DNA of 64,000 nt, taken from NCBI RefSeq assembly GCF_009834535.1, contig NC_045697.1:101620001-101684000 (forward strand), written 5' to 3'. Below the pieces are notes generated by a model. That model was not told the DNA's origin, made no database searches, and saw only the letters and a program-made list of their open reading frames with translations. Numbering within the stretch: position 1 is the stretch's first letter; the number at the start of each line of letters is the position of its first letter. Shown here one piece after another: positions 28,700-42,703 of this stretch. The stretch comes from Camelus ferus. Its lineage: Eukaryota. The translations under genes and the position numbers were made by a program.

Positions 28700-30240
28700 G
28701 AAATCTCTCCCCTAAGACACTTTATCTCACCAAGTAAACACCCCTAAATCTCTCCTAAAAATAATTCTTCAACTCTGATATCCCTTTTCCCAACTCTTTC
28801 GTTTCTCCTTTATAGCCAAGCTCCCAGGAAGAGAAGTCTCCTGCACTCTTGACTGCATCCTGCTTCAAGACTACACTACCCAGCTGAACTGCACTCTCCA
28901 AGTAATAAATGAGTTCCTAACTGCCACATCCAGTAGATACATTCTGGCCCCTGCTTCTGTGAGCAAGAATATCACAGTGGTTTAAGAACATCAACTTTGC
29001 AGTCACTTGCAGGGTTCACAATCTTGACTCTGCCACTTACTTTAGTTATTTCATCTCTCTGTTTTCTTATCCATAAAGCATGGTTAATAAAAACACCTAT
29101 ATCACAGATATAACTTGAAGAGCTAATACATATAAAACACTTACAGCATTGCTTGGTATATGGTTAAATGTCATACAAGTGTTAACTATTTATCATCATT
29201 ATTTTATTGGGCCTCTTTTTATGGCATTTAATATTATTAATACTATCCTTAAAATCCTTCCATTTCCTTGGCTTTTGGGATATTATTGTCTTAAAGTTCC
29301 TTTCTCTGTCATCTTTTCAAGTTCCTCTTCCATTATCTGACTCTTAAGTATTGATTTGCCCCAGAGTCAGTCTGGGTTCTCTTCTTTCTCAATTTGACAC
29401 ACTGTTCTTGAGAAATTTTATTCACTCCCTTAGTCCCAAGTACCAACAGTACTCTTATAATTAGCAATTCTCTGTGCTTGTACTCCCTCTCTCTTTCTTT
29501 CTCTCTCTCCCCTCCATCTGTCATTTCATCCAACGAATATTCACTGACAGCCATGCCAGACATCATGCCAAGCATTCTGACCCAGATTCCTGCCAGAGCT
29601 CCAGATTCACATAGCCTATTTGACCTCTCTTGATGTGACTCAAAGGCACCTCAAATCAAGATGTCCAGAACTAAACTTATTACTCCCTAATCTTCCAAAC
29701 GTGCTCTTCATTCTGTATTCCCTGACCCAGAGACAAGCATTATCATTCACCGGAGTGCCCAACCCAGAGTCCAAAGACTTACACCTGAGCTCTCCATCAT
29801 TATCCTCCCTGCTTCTAATCAGTTGCTAAATTCTACTTCTCAAATATTTCTGTCTGTTGTATGGTGGTTGTGTGCGTAGACTATGGAGCCAAATCGCAGC
29901 TATACCACTCTCTGACCGCATAACATCTATGTGATGTTTAGCCTCTCTAGACCTCATTCTTCTCTGCAAAATGGGAATGGAACCCACTTCATAGGGACAT
30001 GGTGAATATTAAATGCAACAATCCATGTACAATACCTAGCACTGTGCCTAGCACATAGAAAGCATTCAATAAAGATTATTTTATTAACATCACCCCTATT
30101 GATATTATATTTGTTTAAATCTCTATCCTTTCTTGGCTAGTCCTAACTGGTCAGTAATAGCATCCTACCTGGTCTCCTTATGTCTTATTTTGTGCCTCAT
30201 CAGCCCATTCTTTATACCACTACCCAAAAATCTGATCTAA
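28700..30240 (+). mobile_element. L2 LINE body interrupted by two MIRs (about 28965-29200 and 29860-30085)
   Basis: Pyrimidine-rich L2 motifs (ctccagattcacatagcc, aggcacctcaaatcaagatgtcca); MIR cores agtggtttaagaac..., ctgcaaaatgggaat. Confidence 0.75.
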
Positions 30241-33200
30241 AACACAGTAGCATAAAATAGAAATGCAGTGAACTATGAAGCAAACAGTTCATAGTATCTG
30301 AGTTAATGACATAAGGAGAGGGAAAGTCTCCCCAAATTGAATCTACCTGAAAATTAATATCAGGTCAATGGTAAAGACAGAGACTTGTAGTCAACACACA
30401 AATAACATTTCCAAAATATTGGCAAACTTCCTCCACAGCAAATACTATTCATACCCATTAAGCTTGGCCAACTCAAAGTAAGTAGTTAAGGTCATTTATT
30501 ATAAGACTCTTGTTTCTGATTCTTTGTTGATTGTCCAAAACATAAGGGAGATGAATGTTTACAACTATCTTCAATACCAAAGGAAGTCCACTGAGAAGAA
30601 TGGTTAGGTAATACTGAATTTTTTATAAACATTTTTAAAACTCTGAATTGTCAACAACCTATAGAACTTAATCAACCTTTCTACCATACCCTGAAAAAAA
30701 AATTGCACGAAGCAGCAGTTTCTCTATTATTTATTCAACCACATTTTTAGTCAAACACACATACAAAAATTAATATTGTTCACTCTTTAAACAAACAAAG
30801 CAATTCTATTCTCTTATCACCTCAAAAGAATCAGAGGAAAGAAATATTCAGAACACCTCATTTTTTTATAGCTGAGTCAGATCTGCTTTTAAAAGATTCT
30901 GCAGCAAACCAAATCTTAGGAAGTAACTAATCTCTTCATTACTGCTTTCTTTGGAAGTAATTTCATCTGTCATATAATCCTGACTTAAGCTATGTTATTA
31001 AAAAGTTATAATAGAGATTGGAAGATTAGTTCCTTCACAGATGAAACCACAAAATCAATGAAGCAGCATTATCTATACAGAGACAAAAGGAAATGTACAA
31101 CTTTTACTGATATTATTCCCCCAAAAAAGTTAAAAGGCTGAGTTTCCGTATCATCACACAAGTCTTCGTCACAAATTTATGTCATTGTGTGCATGCATCT
31201 GGAGACTTGAGAAGGAAATCTGTTCAGAGAATTTTTTAAATGGCTGAAGACTAGAGACAATTCTAAAAAGAAAGGTGTTTTTCAGAATTCTGTCTCCATC
31301 CAAAATAGAAAATATTATTTCAAAAAAATATTTCTTAGTAAATAATGCATCAGACTCTTAAATATTCTGAAAAAATTCTATACCTTCCTTAGCTCTGTCT
31401 AGAATTTTAAATGTGCACAGATCTAATGAAGTGTATGTTTACTTTTTGTTATAGTCAGGATTTTAGCACATATGAAAAAAAGCTGATATTTAACTCAAAA
31501 AATTTTAACAATGAATTTGACTAATGACATATTTAACCTTTAGCCTAATGACAGCAGTTCCCATAGGTGGCAATAGGAGAAAACCAGCAAGCATAATGTG
31601 ATGAAAAAAATACACATGAATTCATTCCTGTTTCCTATATAGAATTTGATGAGATTAACAATTTCCTGCAAAGCCAATGAGAACTGCTGATGAAACTTTC
31701 TGAAAGATTGCATGAATCACCTTGAACATTTCAATTCTGGCCTGCAGCTATTATATTCTTGAGAAAATGTTTAGCAATAATCAACATTTTCATCTTACGG
31801 AGAAAAGAAACCTTGACAGAAACAGTAGTTTATCATTCATTTGATGTATCAAGTCTCTTTCAAAGGTATGCCCAATCTTTGGAGATAAATTTGATGACAT
31901 GTTCTCAGGAAGAGCCTCTCATTCAGTCCAATTTTCAAACCAAAGATGACTGTGCTGTCAATATACTGCCGTTATGTTTGACAGATGGCTATGGTAACAC
32001 ATTACTCCATTTCATTAAACAGGCCCTATTCACCAAGGCATCTCTTTTCTTTGTATCATTCACCAGCACTTATTCCTTAGCATAAACTTTGCTTTCCTTC
32101 ACATTCTGTGTGCTGTGTGCTTGAGAACAAACATCCACTCTTCAACACGATCATTATTGCCCCTACATTACAATATCCTACAAGGGCAGGAAATTACAAT
32201 GGGTTTGAAATAAGGTAAATCTTGGTTAGTTTCCCAAGATCACTTAATACATATAAGACCTTGGGAAAATTACTCATCCTGAATCTGTTTCATTATCTGT
32301 AAAATAGGAAGAATAATACTTCATTTGCAAATTGTTGTAAAAATTAAACGTGGTATATATGAAAGTACCCCTCCCCCGGAAACGATAAATACAAAGGCTT
32401 ACATTAAAGCAGTAAGTCCTCATTCTCTCTCTTTCTGCACAGCAAGCTAATGCTTTGCATTATTATTTCAAAAATGGTAACAAGGCCTCCGTGAACTGTT
32501 GAATCTCACTCCCTGCTGTCCATAGTTATTACTGATCCTTTTCCCACCTCTATTGCTTTCATTCCCTCCCAGGTAACCCTATGGGAACTAGAGTCAGCTC
32601 CAGAATTTCTATACAGAAGGAACTTGGAGCAACAATCTGGTAAGAATGCGACATTAGAAAAACTGTCTTACAGCTGACTGCACAGCGAGGACACTGTTTT
32701 AGTTGCAGTAAATAGAGGGCTTTTTGCATTGATGCTGTGCTTGCTGCAAGCACCCTGTTTTCATACATGCTGTATATTTTGGGAGTTTTCAGAAGGCCAG
32801 TGGACACACAGAAATTCCCTCAAAAATCCTGTTTCCTATCACGTCCAGCCATCATTTAGCCCATCGTCAAACATTATGCTCCATGACAATTTTCAGAATT
32901 GCATTCTTAGATCACATTAGTAACTACACCTGGAATACCCTTCCTTTCTCATAACCTGTTTATTCCTCCATGTCTATCCTAAGAAATGTTAGAAGTTACA
33001 AACTGCTCACTCGTCATTACCTAATTTTGACCAAAATTTCAGTTTCCTGAGTCAAGAAAACTGCAACATATTGGCTAGTATAGTGCTGAAGCCAGTGTTG
33101 AACACAAGCCAGCTTGAACACACACCTGTGTTCAAGCAGGTGCGTGACCTTTGGCAAGTTTCTTATCCTCACCATGGCTCAGCTTCCTCATCTATAAAAT

Positions 33201-33494
33201 AAGGAAAACAGTAGGACTCTACTTTACAGAATTTTTGCAAGGACTAAATGAGTTAATAACTGTAAAGTCTGTCATGAAATAAGTGATATAGAAAGGTTAG
33301 CGATTGTTATTATTGCCAAGTTAAAATGGTACCACCTTATATACACAGCATTCATACAGGCACTTATCTAAAGTCAACTGCCTCAGAATCAGTTCCTCTA
33401 GATAACTGGTAATTAAGCCCCACTGAGTGGTACCCAAAATCCATTTCTATTCCATTTTGATCTATAGCAACATGTTATTTTAAAGTTCATTCTA

Positions 33495-34955
33495 CATATA
33501 TTTATTGAGTACTTACTTTGTGCCAGACACTGTGCCAGGAGCTGAGAATAAAATGGTGAATAAAAACAGACAGTGCCCCTCCCTTGGTGATGCTTATGTA
33601 CAATGGGGGAGAACACTACCCATCCAGTAATCCTAAAACAAATGGAAAACGTTAACTATGAAAAGTGCTGCAAGGTGAGGTACATGATGCCATAAGAAGA
33701 CCAATTTGCCAAAAATCAATTTGCAGAAAGCCAATTTGCCAAAAGCCAATTTTCCAAATGATTGATTCGCTGAATTCCCTAACAGACAATTAACTGAAAG
33801 CTAGTTCACCAAAAACCAATTTCTAGAAAATCAATTTGATGAAAAGCAGTCTGCCAAATCATAATTTCATCAAGTGACCAATTTACTGAATTACTGAGGA
33901 TTTTTTTGAAGACTTCATTTCACAGAAATTTTAATTCAGTCCTTTCGTGACAGCTCTTTAACCCCAAATTTGACAGTCTGTCTGGGCTGCATGTCAATCT
34001 CATGTTTTCACATTTCAGATGCCAAGTCCTTCTTGTAAGCCCAAAAATCTAGTACTCCAATGTAAGCAAATGGTAGGCTTCTCCTTAAATGCAGTTTACT
34101 TTCTGTAGACTTAAGCCCCTTCCAGAAAGATTGCTGCAGAGAACCATCCAAGACCAGTAAGATGAACTGGTCTTCTGAAAGTTGGCTTTTGCCAAATTTG
34201 CTTTTAGCAAACTGGTCATTCACGGAACCAACTCTATCTAAGTCAACTGTTTTTCAGTGAAATTACCTGAAGTCCATGCTTTGGAATGGGGAACTTGGCC
34301 TTGTCAAACAGGTGAGAGGTGGCTTTATGGAGAAAAAAAAATAACTAAACTAAGGTCAGTAGGATAAATTTTAAAAAAAAAAAAAAGCAACAGGGAAAAG
34401 CATATGTAAAAACTATTTGGAAGGAGGAAGCACTGAAATTACAAGAGTTTGCAAAATGGCCAGTGTGGCTGAACTACAGAGAACATGGGGGAGCACAGTG
34501 TGAACTGAGGCTAGAAATATAGTTGGGAGCTAAGCCATGTTGTGCCTCATAGACCATAATAGAGAATTCTGTTCTTTTTTTAAGAATGGGGATCCTTAAT
34601 ATATTTAAGTACAGGAATGACATGATCAGATTTGCAACTTGAAAGATCATTTTGCAAGTGGTATGGAGACCATATTTTAAGAGGGTACTTGTATAGGTTA
34701 CTTTCTTATCTGGAAATGTATTATTGCAGTAGTTCAGAAGACAGAAGATTATACTTAAGACTAGGGAATACAGAAAAGTGAAGCAAATTGAATTACTTAC
34801 CAAGTTATGTAGGAGGTAGAAACAACAGAATCTGTTATGGGGTGTTGAATATGGGGGTGAAGAAGAGGAAAGTAGGCAAGTGTCTTGGACAACTCCTAGA
34901 CTTCTGGTTTGCTAGATGGTGGTGCCATTCCTGAGAAAGGGAAACTGGAAGACCA
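33495..34955 (-). mobile_element. L2 LINE 3' region, interrupted by the 33701-34269 insert
   Basis: tatttattgagtacttactttgtgccagacactgtgccagg; resumes after 34270 with gacatgatcagatttgca, aggaggtagaaacaacag. Confidence 0.85.
33701..34269. mobile_element. Foldback-like DNA element with inverted arrays of a 15-bp unit (family not identified)
   Basis: About 12 degenerate copies of ccaatttgccaaaag at 33701-33892 and about 6-7 reverse-complement copies at 34157-34269 flank a unique spacer. Confidence 0.7.
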
Positions 34956-35599
34956 GGTTTGTATAATACTCTCTCTCAATGTGTTGCTAAATATTTGTGT
35001 ATTTTACGTATCTATCAGAATATCTTCTTTCAAATTTTAAGTTATTGAGAAATTAAATGTGAGTTTGATTGAGCTTGGTTTAAATGTGAGTTTGGTTGTA
35101 TGCAATTTAGTGCCTCACGTGTGGGTATTCCATAAACCATCATCTTTTTGATCCAGGCTCCATCATCACTAGCTGGTCGACTTTATGCAACTAATTTAGC
35201 CTCTCTGTGCCCCAATGTCTTTAAATTTTAAGTGGAAATAATAACAGTGCCTGACTGGGAAGAAACTTGCTAACAGTATCCTGCAATCCATTCTCTCCCT
35301 TCACAAAAGTAAGGCTTCTAGGAAAGAAGGAAGTTGACATAGCTAAATCTCCTTATGAACGTATTAATGACAAACCTCCTGGCAAACTTAGAGGATAGTT
35401 AAGTATGCCAAACCATCATTTCACCCAACGGTGCTAGTGAGATCTCTGATTCTTGTCTGATTTGTTAACACAATCCTTTGTGTTAAGATTACTACCTCAG
35501 AGGACACTGGTGAGGATTAAACGAGCCAATGCTTATGAAAATGCAGTGCCAAGCTCATAACAAGCATTCATTAAGTTCACTATTATCAATATATTATAA

Positions 35600-35855
35600 T
35601 AATGCCAAGAAATAGTAAGAGCTATCACTTACAGAGTGAATATGATGTGACAGGCACTTAAGCTAAGTGTCTTCCATGGATTATCTCATTTAATCATCTG
35701 AAAGCTCTATGTTCTATGTTCATTACTATTATATAAGAAGCTTGAAGACTGGAGATTAGTTTTCCCAAAGTCATATAGCTAGTAAATCGTGGCACTAGGT
35801 TTTAAACCCAGGCAGTCTAACTCTCCAGCTGAGCTCTTGTTCCTATTTGTAAATA
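35600..35855 (-). mobile_element. MIR SINE
   Basis: attatctcatttaatc, tttcccaaagtcatatagctagtaaatcgtggcactaggttttaaacccaggcagtct. Confidence 0.8.
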
Positions 35856-37159
35856 ACACTGCCTTGCTACACTACTCTGTTTCTGAAAGTCCATTGGAAT
35901 GTCCATCCAGGTGCTATTTTAGTACAATGAAGGTGTAATTTATTAACTAGCACCAAAATGGCCTTAAAATGTTAATGCAGTTTCTAAATATATGTGACTT
36001 CCACCCAGGGAGTTACTAATGTCAGGAGAAGTAAAAACAAAGAAAACTATTATTTTTACTCCATGTCTCAAAATGTAATGACCCTTTGATATTCCACTGA
36101 GCATAACCCCTCTGTGCTGCCCCCAAAAGAGGCACAGGCTGGTCAATTGTGAAACAATAAAATATGACTGGAGGTTTATGAAAATTAGCAAGAGGTTTGA
36201 TGAGTTTCTTTTTCTCTCTATGCTCAGATTATGCAAGCTATTTTATCTCCTTATTGCTAAGTTACAGACAATGGGGATAAGCAAAGAAAGAGATATAAGT
36301 TAACTCTATCAACTTCAGTAATAGCAATAATTAGCATACGTGACTAAAGTATTATTTGGAGGATAAAAGAGTATTGATTTGATTTGAAATTAAATGACAT
36401 AGGCATTCCAAAGCCTTTATTACACAAATGATAGTTATAAACTATGGGCACTCAATTTAGTCTTACCCCATTTTATTCATTAAGGACATTCATTTTTTAT
36501 ACATTTGTAGGTTGAATATTAAATCATATTTTCATGGATTTTTACAACCCACACAATACTGAGAATAAAATAATTAAACAACAATGTTCCTGGCACAGAT
36601 GCAGAAAAGTGGAAGATTATCTAATAATGTTACCCAGGAAGCATTATGGTGGCCATGTTTCTGCCCACTGTGATTTTGTTTTCAGTCTAGATATCAAACA
36701 GGGAGCAATTTTTCCTGCCAAAGGGAGTAGACCATAGCCTTGTAGAAAACAGGGCAAGGCAAAGAGAACAAGGTTCACTGCAGTCTTACAAGGAAAAGAC
36801 CGTATTTAAAGTAAGCTCTAGAAACTGCCCACGCATATATAAATTTCTGCAAACAGTATTAAGAGCTTTGGAAGTCACCATTCCATGGCAGATTTGCATG
36901 GAACCATCCAAAGGAAGATCAGGAAGACTTGGAAGAAAACAAATCTAGATTGCACCAGAACAAAGAAGAAAGTGTATTAAAAAGGAAATGGAAATTGACA
37001 TCAGGGCTCCATTTGTGAAAACTCCATATTTAACTTTATATACCTATATGTAAGTCAACTGTACATGAAAATGTGTATTTGTTGTTTTTAGAAATCCTAA
37101 TATGAAGCATTTTTTTCTCTAAGTACTCTTAGAAAGAGATACCAGAACTAAAGGGACTC

Positions 37160-37530
37160 ATTGGGAGAGGAGATCTGCACACTTTCGCAGGGTGTGCCAA
37201 GAACACAAAGTCCTGACCATTGTCTGCCCAGGCCATTTCTCAAAGTTGTGTTTGCAGAGAGCAACCTTGAGAAATAAGGTAATTCACCCATCCCAAATAA
37301 AGAGCAGGCTTGCTTACTGCTTGCTATAAAAACAGTGGATTCCCAAGTTCAGTTATAATATAACCAACAGCATGTGCAGGCTCCCAACTAGGCCCTCTGG
37401 TCACTCCCATGTGAATGAGGGCCAATGCAAACATACTGATGCTCATGCACTGATGTAACAAGCTAACTTATTAACTTGCAAGCATGGCAAAATCAAATCC
37501 CAGAACTGCCAAACCCTGCTTGACCCTACA
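37160..37530 (+). mobile_element. ERV1-like LTR remnant
   Basis: agagcaggcttgcttactgcttgctataaaa TATA context; ends tgcttgaccctaca. Confidence 0.5.
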
Positions 37531-40500
37531 ATAAAGGTTCCTGGACCCAGAACAGATGGAGTAAATAAAATCTTTCATAATGTGTTTGAAGACTTTTTTT
37601 TAATAGGTTTTATTTTTTAGAGTAGTTCTAGGTTTAGAGAAAAATTTCCCAGGTTTAAAGGATTTTCATATTCCTTCATTCCCAATTTTATCCTATTACT
37701 AACAACTTGTATTAGTGTGGTACATTTATTACAACTGATGAAACAATATTGATATATTAGCATTTACTCTGTGTCCTACATTCTGTGGGTTTAATAAATG
37801 CTTGTCGTGTGTCCATCATTACATATAGTTTCACTGCCATAAAAATTCCCTGTGCTCTACCTATTCATCCCCTCTTCCTCCTAATCCCCGAAAACCACCA
37901 ATATAAATATATATATATACACACATACACACGTATATATTTTATAAATACTTTATATATATTTATATAACATTTATTTATTATATATGTATTTTTTTTT
38001 AACTCTCTCCTTAATTTTGCCTTTTCCAGACTGTCATACAGTGGGGATCATGAAATATGTAGCCTTTTCAGACTGGCTTCTTTTACTTGGCAATAGGCAT
38101 TTAAGGTTTCTCCATGTCTTTCCGCGGCTTGATGGCTTCTTTCTTTTTAACTTAATGTTGTTGTTAGGGTGAGTACGGTAAAACTCTAGTCTCATAGCAA
38201 CTTCCCAGTATACAATACAATAATGTTAACTATGGTCACCATGGAGTACCTTAGATTCCCAGAATTTATTCATCTTCTAACTGAAAATTTGTAGTTTGAC
38301 CAACATCTCCCCATTTCCCAGATCCCTTGGGCCCTGGCAACTGCCATTCTACTCTGTTCCCATGAGTCTGATGTTTTTAGAATCCATATGTGAGATCATA
38401 AAGCATTTGTCTTTATCTGGCTTATTTTACTTAGCAAAATGCCTTCAAGGCCCATCCATGCTGTCACAAATGGCAGTATTTCCTTCTTTTATATGGATAA
38501 ATAATGTTTCATTCTATAAATATACTTCATTTTCTTTATCCATTCATCTGTTAGTGGACATTTAGGTTATTCCTTTCAATATATACCTATATGTAGGATT
38601 GCTGAATCCTAGTTGTATTTTTAATTTTTTGAGAAACCTCTATACTTTTCCCATAGTGGCTATACGAATTTACATTTCCATCAGCAGTGCACCAAGACTT
38701 CTTGTTCTACACATCCTTGCCAGCTTTTATCTTTTGTCTTTTTGAAAATAGTCATCCTAACAGATGAGATGATATCTCATCGTGGTTTTAATTTTCATTT
38801 CCCTGATGGTTAGTGATGCAGAGTTCCTTTCATGTACTTGTTGGCCATTTTTATGTCTTCTTTGGAAAAATTGTGTATTCAACTCCTCTGCCCATTTTTA
38901 AATTGCATTATTTGTTTTTTCACTGTTGAGTTCTTTACATATTTTGGATATTAACCACTTATCAAATACATGGTTTGGAAATATTTTCACCCATTCCACA
39001 GCCTGCCTTTTCATTTTATTGTTTCTTCTGCTGTGCAGAAAATTTTCAGTTTGATATAGTAATGCTTGTTGATTTTTGCTTTTGTTACTTCAGTTTGGGG
39101 GTTCACATCTAAAAAATCATTGCCAAAACCTATGTCAAGGAGCTTTTTCTCTTTTTATTTTATTTTTTTTTAAGTTTTACAATTTCAGGTCTTATGTTGA
39201 AGTCCTTAATTTCATTTTGAGATACTTTTGTGAGCGATGTAAGATGTGGGTCTGGCTTCATTCTTTTATGTGTGAATATTGTTCTCCCAACATCATTTAC
39301 TGAAAAACCTATCCTTTCCCCATTGAGTATTCTTGGCTCCCTTGTCATATGTGAGCTGGCCATATATGCACAAGTTTATTTCTGGACTCTAGATTCTGTT
39401 CTATTGGTCTATGTGTCTGTTTTATGTCAGTACTATACTGTTTTTATTACTATAATTTTGTAATATAATTTAAAGTCAGGAAGTGTGATGCTTCCAGCTT
39501 TCTAAGATTGCTTTCATTATCTGAGGTGTTTGTGATTCCATTAAAAATTTAGAATGGTTTCTTCTATTTCTCTGAAAAATGCCATTGGAATTTTGATAGA
39601 GATTGCATTGGATCTATAGATGGTTTGTATAATATGGCCATTTAGATAATATTAACTCTTCAGATCTATGAGCATGGGATCTCTTCCCATTTATTTGTGT
39701 CTTCAATTTCTTTGATCAATGTCTTAAAGTTTTTGGTGTATAGATCTTTCACTTTCCTGGTTAAATTTATTCCTAAGTATTTTGTTTTTGATGCTATTAT
39801 AAATAGCACTGTTTTCCTTTTTAAGACAGTTCATTGTTAGTGTACAGAATTAGAACTCATTTTTGTATGTGGATTTTGTGTTCTGTAACTTTACTGAACT
39901 CATTTATTAGTTCTAACAGTTTTTTGGTGGGGTCTTTAGAATTTTCTATATACAAGATATGTCACCAGCAAAACAAATAATTTTACTTCTTCCTTCTCAA
40001 TATGGACGTCTTTTCTTTCTTTTTCTTCTCGAATTGCTCTGGCTAGGACTTCTGGCACTATGTTGAATAGGAATGGTGACAGTAGGCATCTTTGTTTTGT
40101 TCCTAATTTTAGAGAAATTTTTCAGTCTTTTCACCATTGAGTATGATGTTAGCCATGAGTTTGTCATGTATGGCCTTTATTAGGCTGAGCTTTGTTCCTT
40201 CTATACTCAATTTGTTAAGAATTTTTATCATGAAAAAATAAATTATGTCAAATACTCTTTCTGCATCTATTGAGATGATCATATGAATTTTCTTTCATTC
40301 TATTACTGCGATGTATTACATTTACTAATTTGTGTATATTGAGCCATACTTTCATCCCAGGGATAAAAGCCATCTGATCACAGGGTATGATCCTTTTAAT
40401 GTACTGTTGAACTTGGTTTGCTAGTATTTTGTTGGGAATTTTTGAATCTATATTCACCAGAGATACTGGCCTGTAGTTTTCTTTTCTTGGCTTTGGCATC

Positions 40501-41469
40501 AGCCTTGTAATGATAGCCTCAAAAAATGAGTTTGGGAGTGTTTGGATTGGCATTTGCTCTTTAAATGTTTGGTAGAATTCACTGGTGAAGCCATCTGGTC
40601 CTGGGCTTTGATTGGGAAGTATTCGATTACTGATTCAAGCTCCTTACTTGTCTGTTCAAATTTTCTATTTCTTCATGATTCAGACTTAGTAGGTTGTAGT
40701 ACTTCTGTCATTTTGCTATTTTTTTTTCTTTATCTCATATATATTTTTTTGCTCATTTCCTGTATTACTGTCTTCTTTTGTGTTTAGTTTTTCTTTCTTT
40801 TTTTTTTTTTTTTTTGGTTGTAAAATGCTTAAATTCCTTTCTCATTTCCTTTTGTGTTATTCTGTACCTAGGGTTACCATAAGGATTACATTTAACATCC
40901 TAAAGTTATAACATTCTAATTTGAATTTTTATTAATTTCAGTAACATGCAAAAACTCTTCTCCTTTTCAGCTCCATCCTCACTTCTTTGGGTTGTTGGTG
41001 ACACATAATTACTTCTTCATACAACATACAACTTCTTCATGGGTTGTTGGTGTCATATAATTACTTCTTCATACAACATACTTCCTCCCAAACATAAATT
41101 AATAATTATTTTAAATGCATGAGTCTTTGAAATTATGCAGAAAACAATATGTGGAATTACAAACCAAAGTTACAATAATACTAGCTTTTAGACTAATAAT
41201 CTTTTAATGTATTAATCTTTTAAATCATGTAAAAAACAAAAAGGGGATTTACAAACTGTTGTTACAATAATACTAAGTTTTATAACTGCTCCTGTATTTA
41301 CCTTCATTGAGATCATTATTTCTTCATATGGCTTTGAGTTACTGTCTAGCATCCTTTTATTTCACCCTGCAGGACTCCCTTGAGCCTTTCTTTCAGGGCA
41401 GGTCCAGTAGTAATAAACTCCCTCAGTGTTTGTTTTTATTTATCTGAGAATGTCTTAATTTATCCTTCA

Positions 41470-41570
41470 TTTTTTCTTGTTTTTATTTTTTAATGGAGGT
41501 ACTGGGGATTGAACCTAAGACCTTGTGCATGCTAAGCATGCACTCTACCACTGAGCTATACCCACACCCC
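41470..41570 (-). mobile_element. tRNA-derived SINE (camelid vic-1-like)
   Basis: Reverse complement reads gggtatagctcagtggtagagtgcatgcttagcatgcacaaggtcttaggttcaatcccc (A/B boxes); perfect TSD ttatccttca at 41460-41469 and 41571-41580. Confidence 0.88.
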
Positions 41571-42703
41571 TTATCCTTCACTTCTGACGAACATTTTTGC
41601 CGGATACAAGATTCTTGGTTGACAGGTATATTTTTCTTTTAGCACTCTGGATGTATCAGTCCACTGTCTCCTGTTCCCCAAAGTTTCTGATGAAAAATAA
41701 TCTTATTGTGGATCCTTATATGTGACAAGTTGCTTCTCTCTTGCTGCTTTCAAGATTCTCTCATTGTCTTTGGCTTTTGAAAGTTTGATTATAATATGAC
41801 TCAGTGTAGGTGTCTTGAGTTCACCTTACTTTGAGTTCACTGAGGTTCCTGGATGTTTATATTCATTTCTTTCATCAAATTTGGGATGTTTTCAGATATT
41901 ATCTCTTCAAATATTCCCTCTGCTGCTTTCTCTTTTCTCCAACTGGGATTCCTACAATGCATGTTGACCCAATTGATTATGTCCCACAGGTCCCTTAGGT
42001 TCTGCTCACTTTTCTTTAATCTTTATCCTTCTGTTCCTCAGTCTCGATAATTTATATTGTCCTGTCTTCAAGTTGACTGACTATTCTGCCTACTCAATTC
42101 TGCCTTTGAATCCCTCTAGCAAGTTTTTCATCTCAGTAATTGTACTCTTCAGGTCCAGAATTTTTCTTTACGTTTTCTATATTTTCATTGATTTTTCCAT
42201 TTTGTACATATGTTATTTTCTTGACTTTCTCCACATCTTAGTTATTTAAGCATCTTTAAGGCAGTTTTTTTAAGTCTTTAATAGATTTGCCACCAGATGT
42301 TTTACAGGGACAGTTTCTGTTGATTTATTTTTTCCTTTGAATGAGCCATATTTTCCTGTTTCTTTGTATGCCTTCTTTGTTTTTTTATTGTTGTTGTTAT
42401 TGTTGAAAACTAGATATTTTAATCTAATAATGTGGTAACTGAAAATCCAATTCTCCCCATTCCTCAGAGTTTGCTCTTTTGTTCTTGTTGTTTTTGTTCA
42501 TTGTCTTTGTTTTCTTGATTGTTGTAGGTTGTCTCTGTGCCAAGAATCAATCTGAGGTATAAATTTAAGGTCTTCCCAAGTCTTTTCAGAGACTGTCCCT
42601 GAGTATGCATAGTCATTTTCTAATTTTCCCTATATATGCTATTGTATTTGAATGCCCTAGTCTTTAATGTTTCGCTTACAAAAGGGTAAAAAGAGGGAAA
42701 TGA

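Noticed and set aside
33701..33892. Regularly spaced repeats resembling a CRISPR array
   Set aside because: Units are contiguous 15-mers without unique spacers, there are no cas genes, and the context is mammalian.
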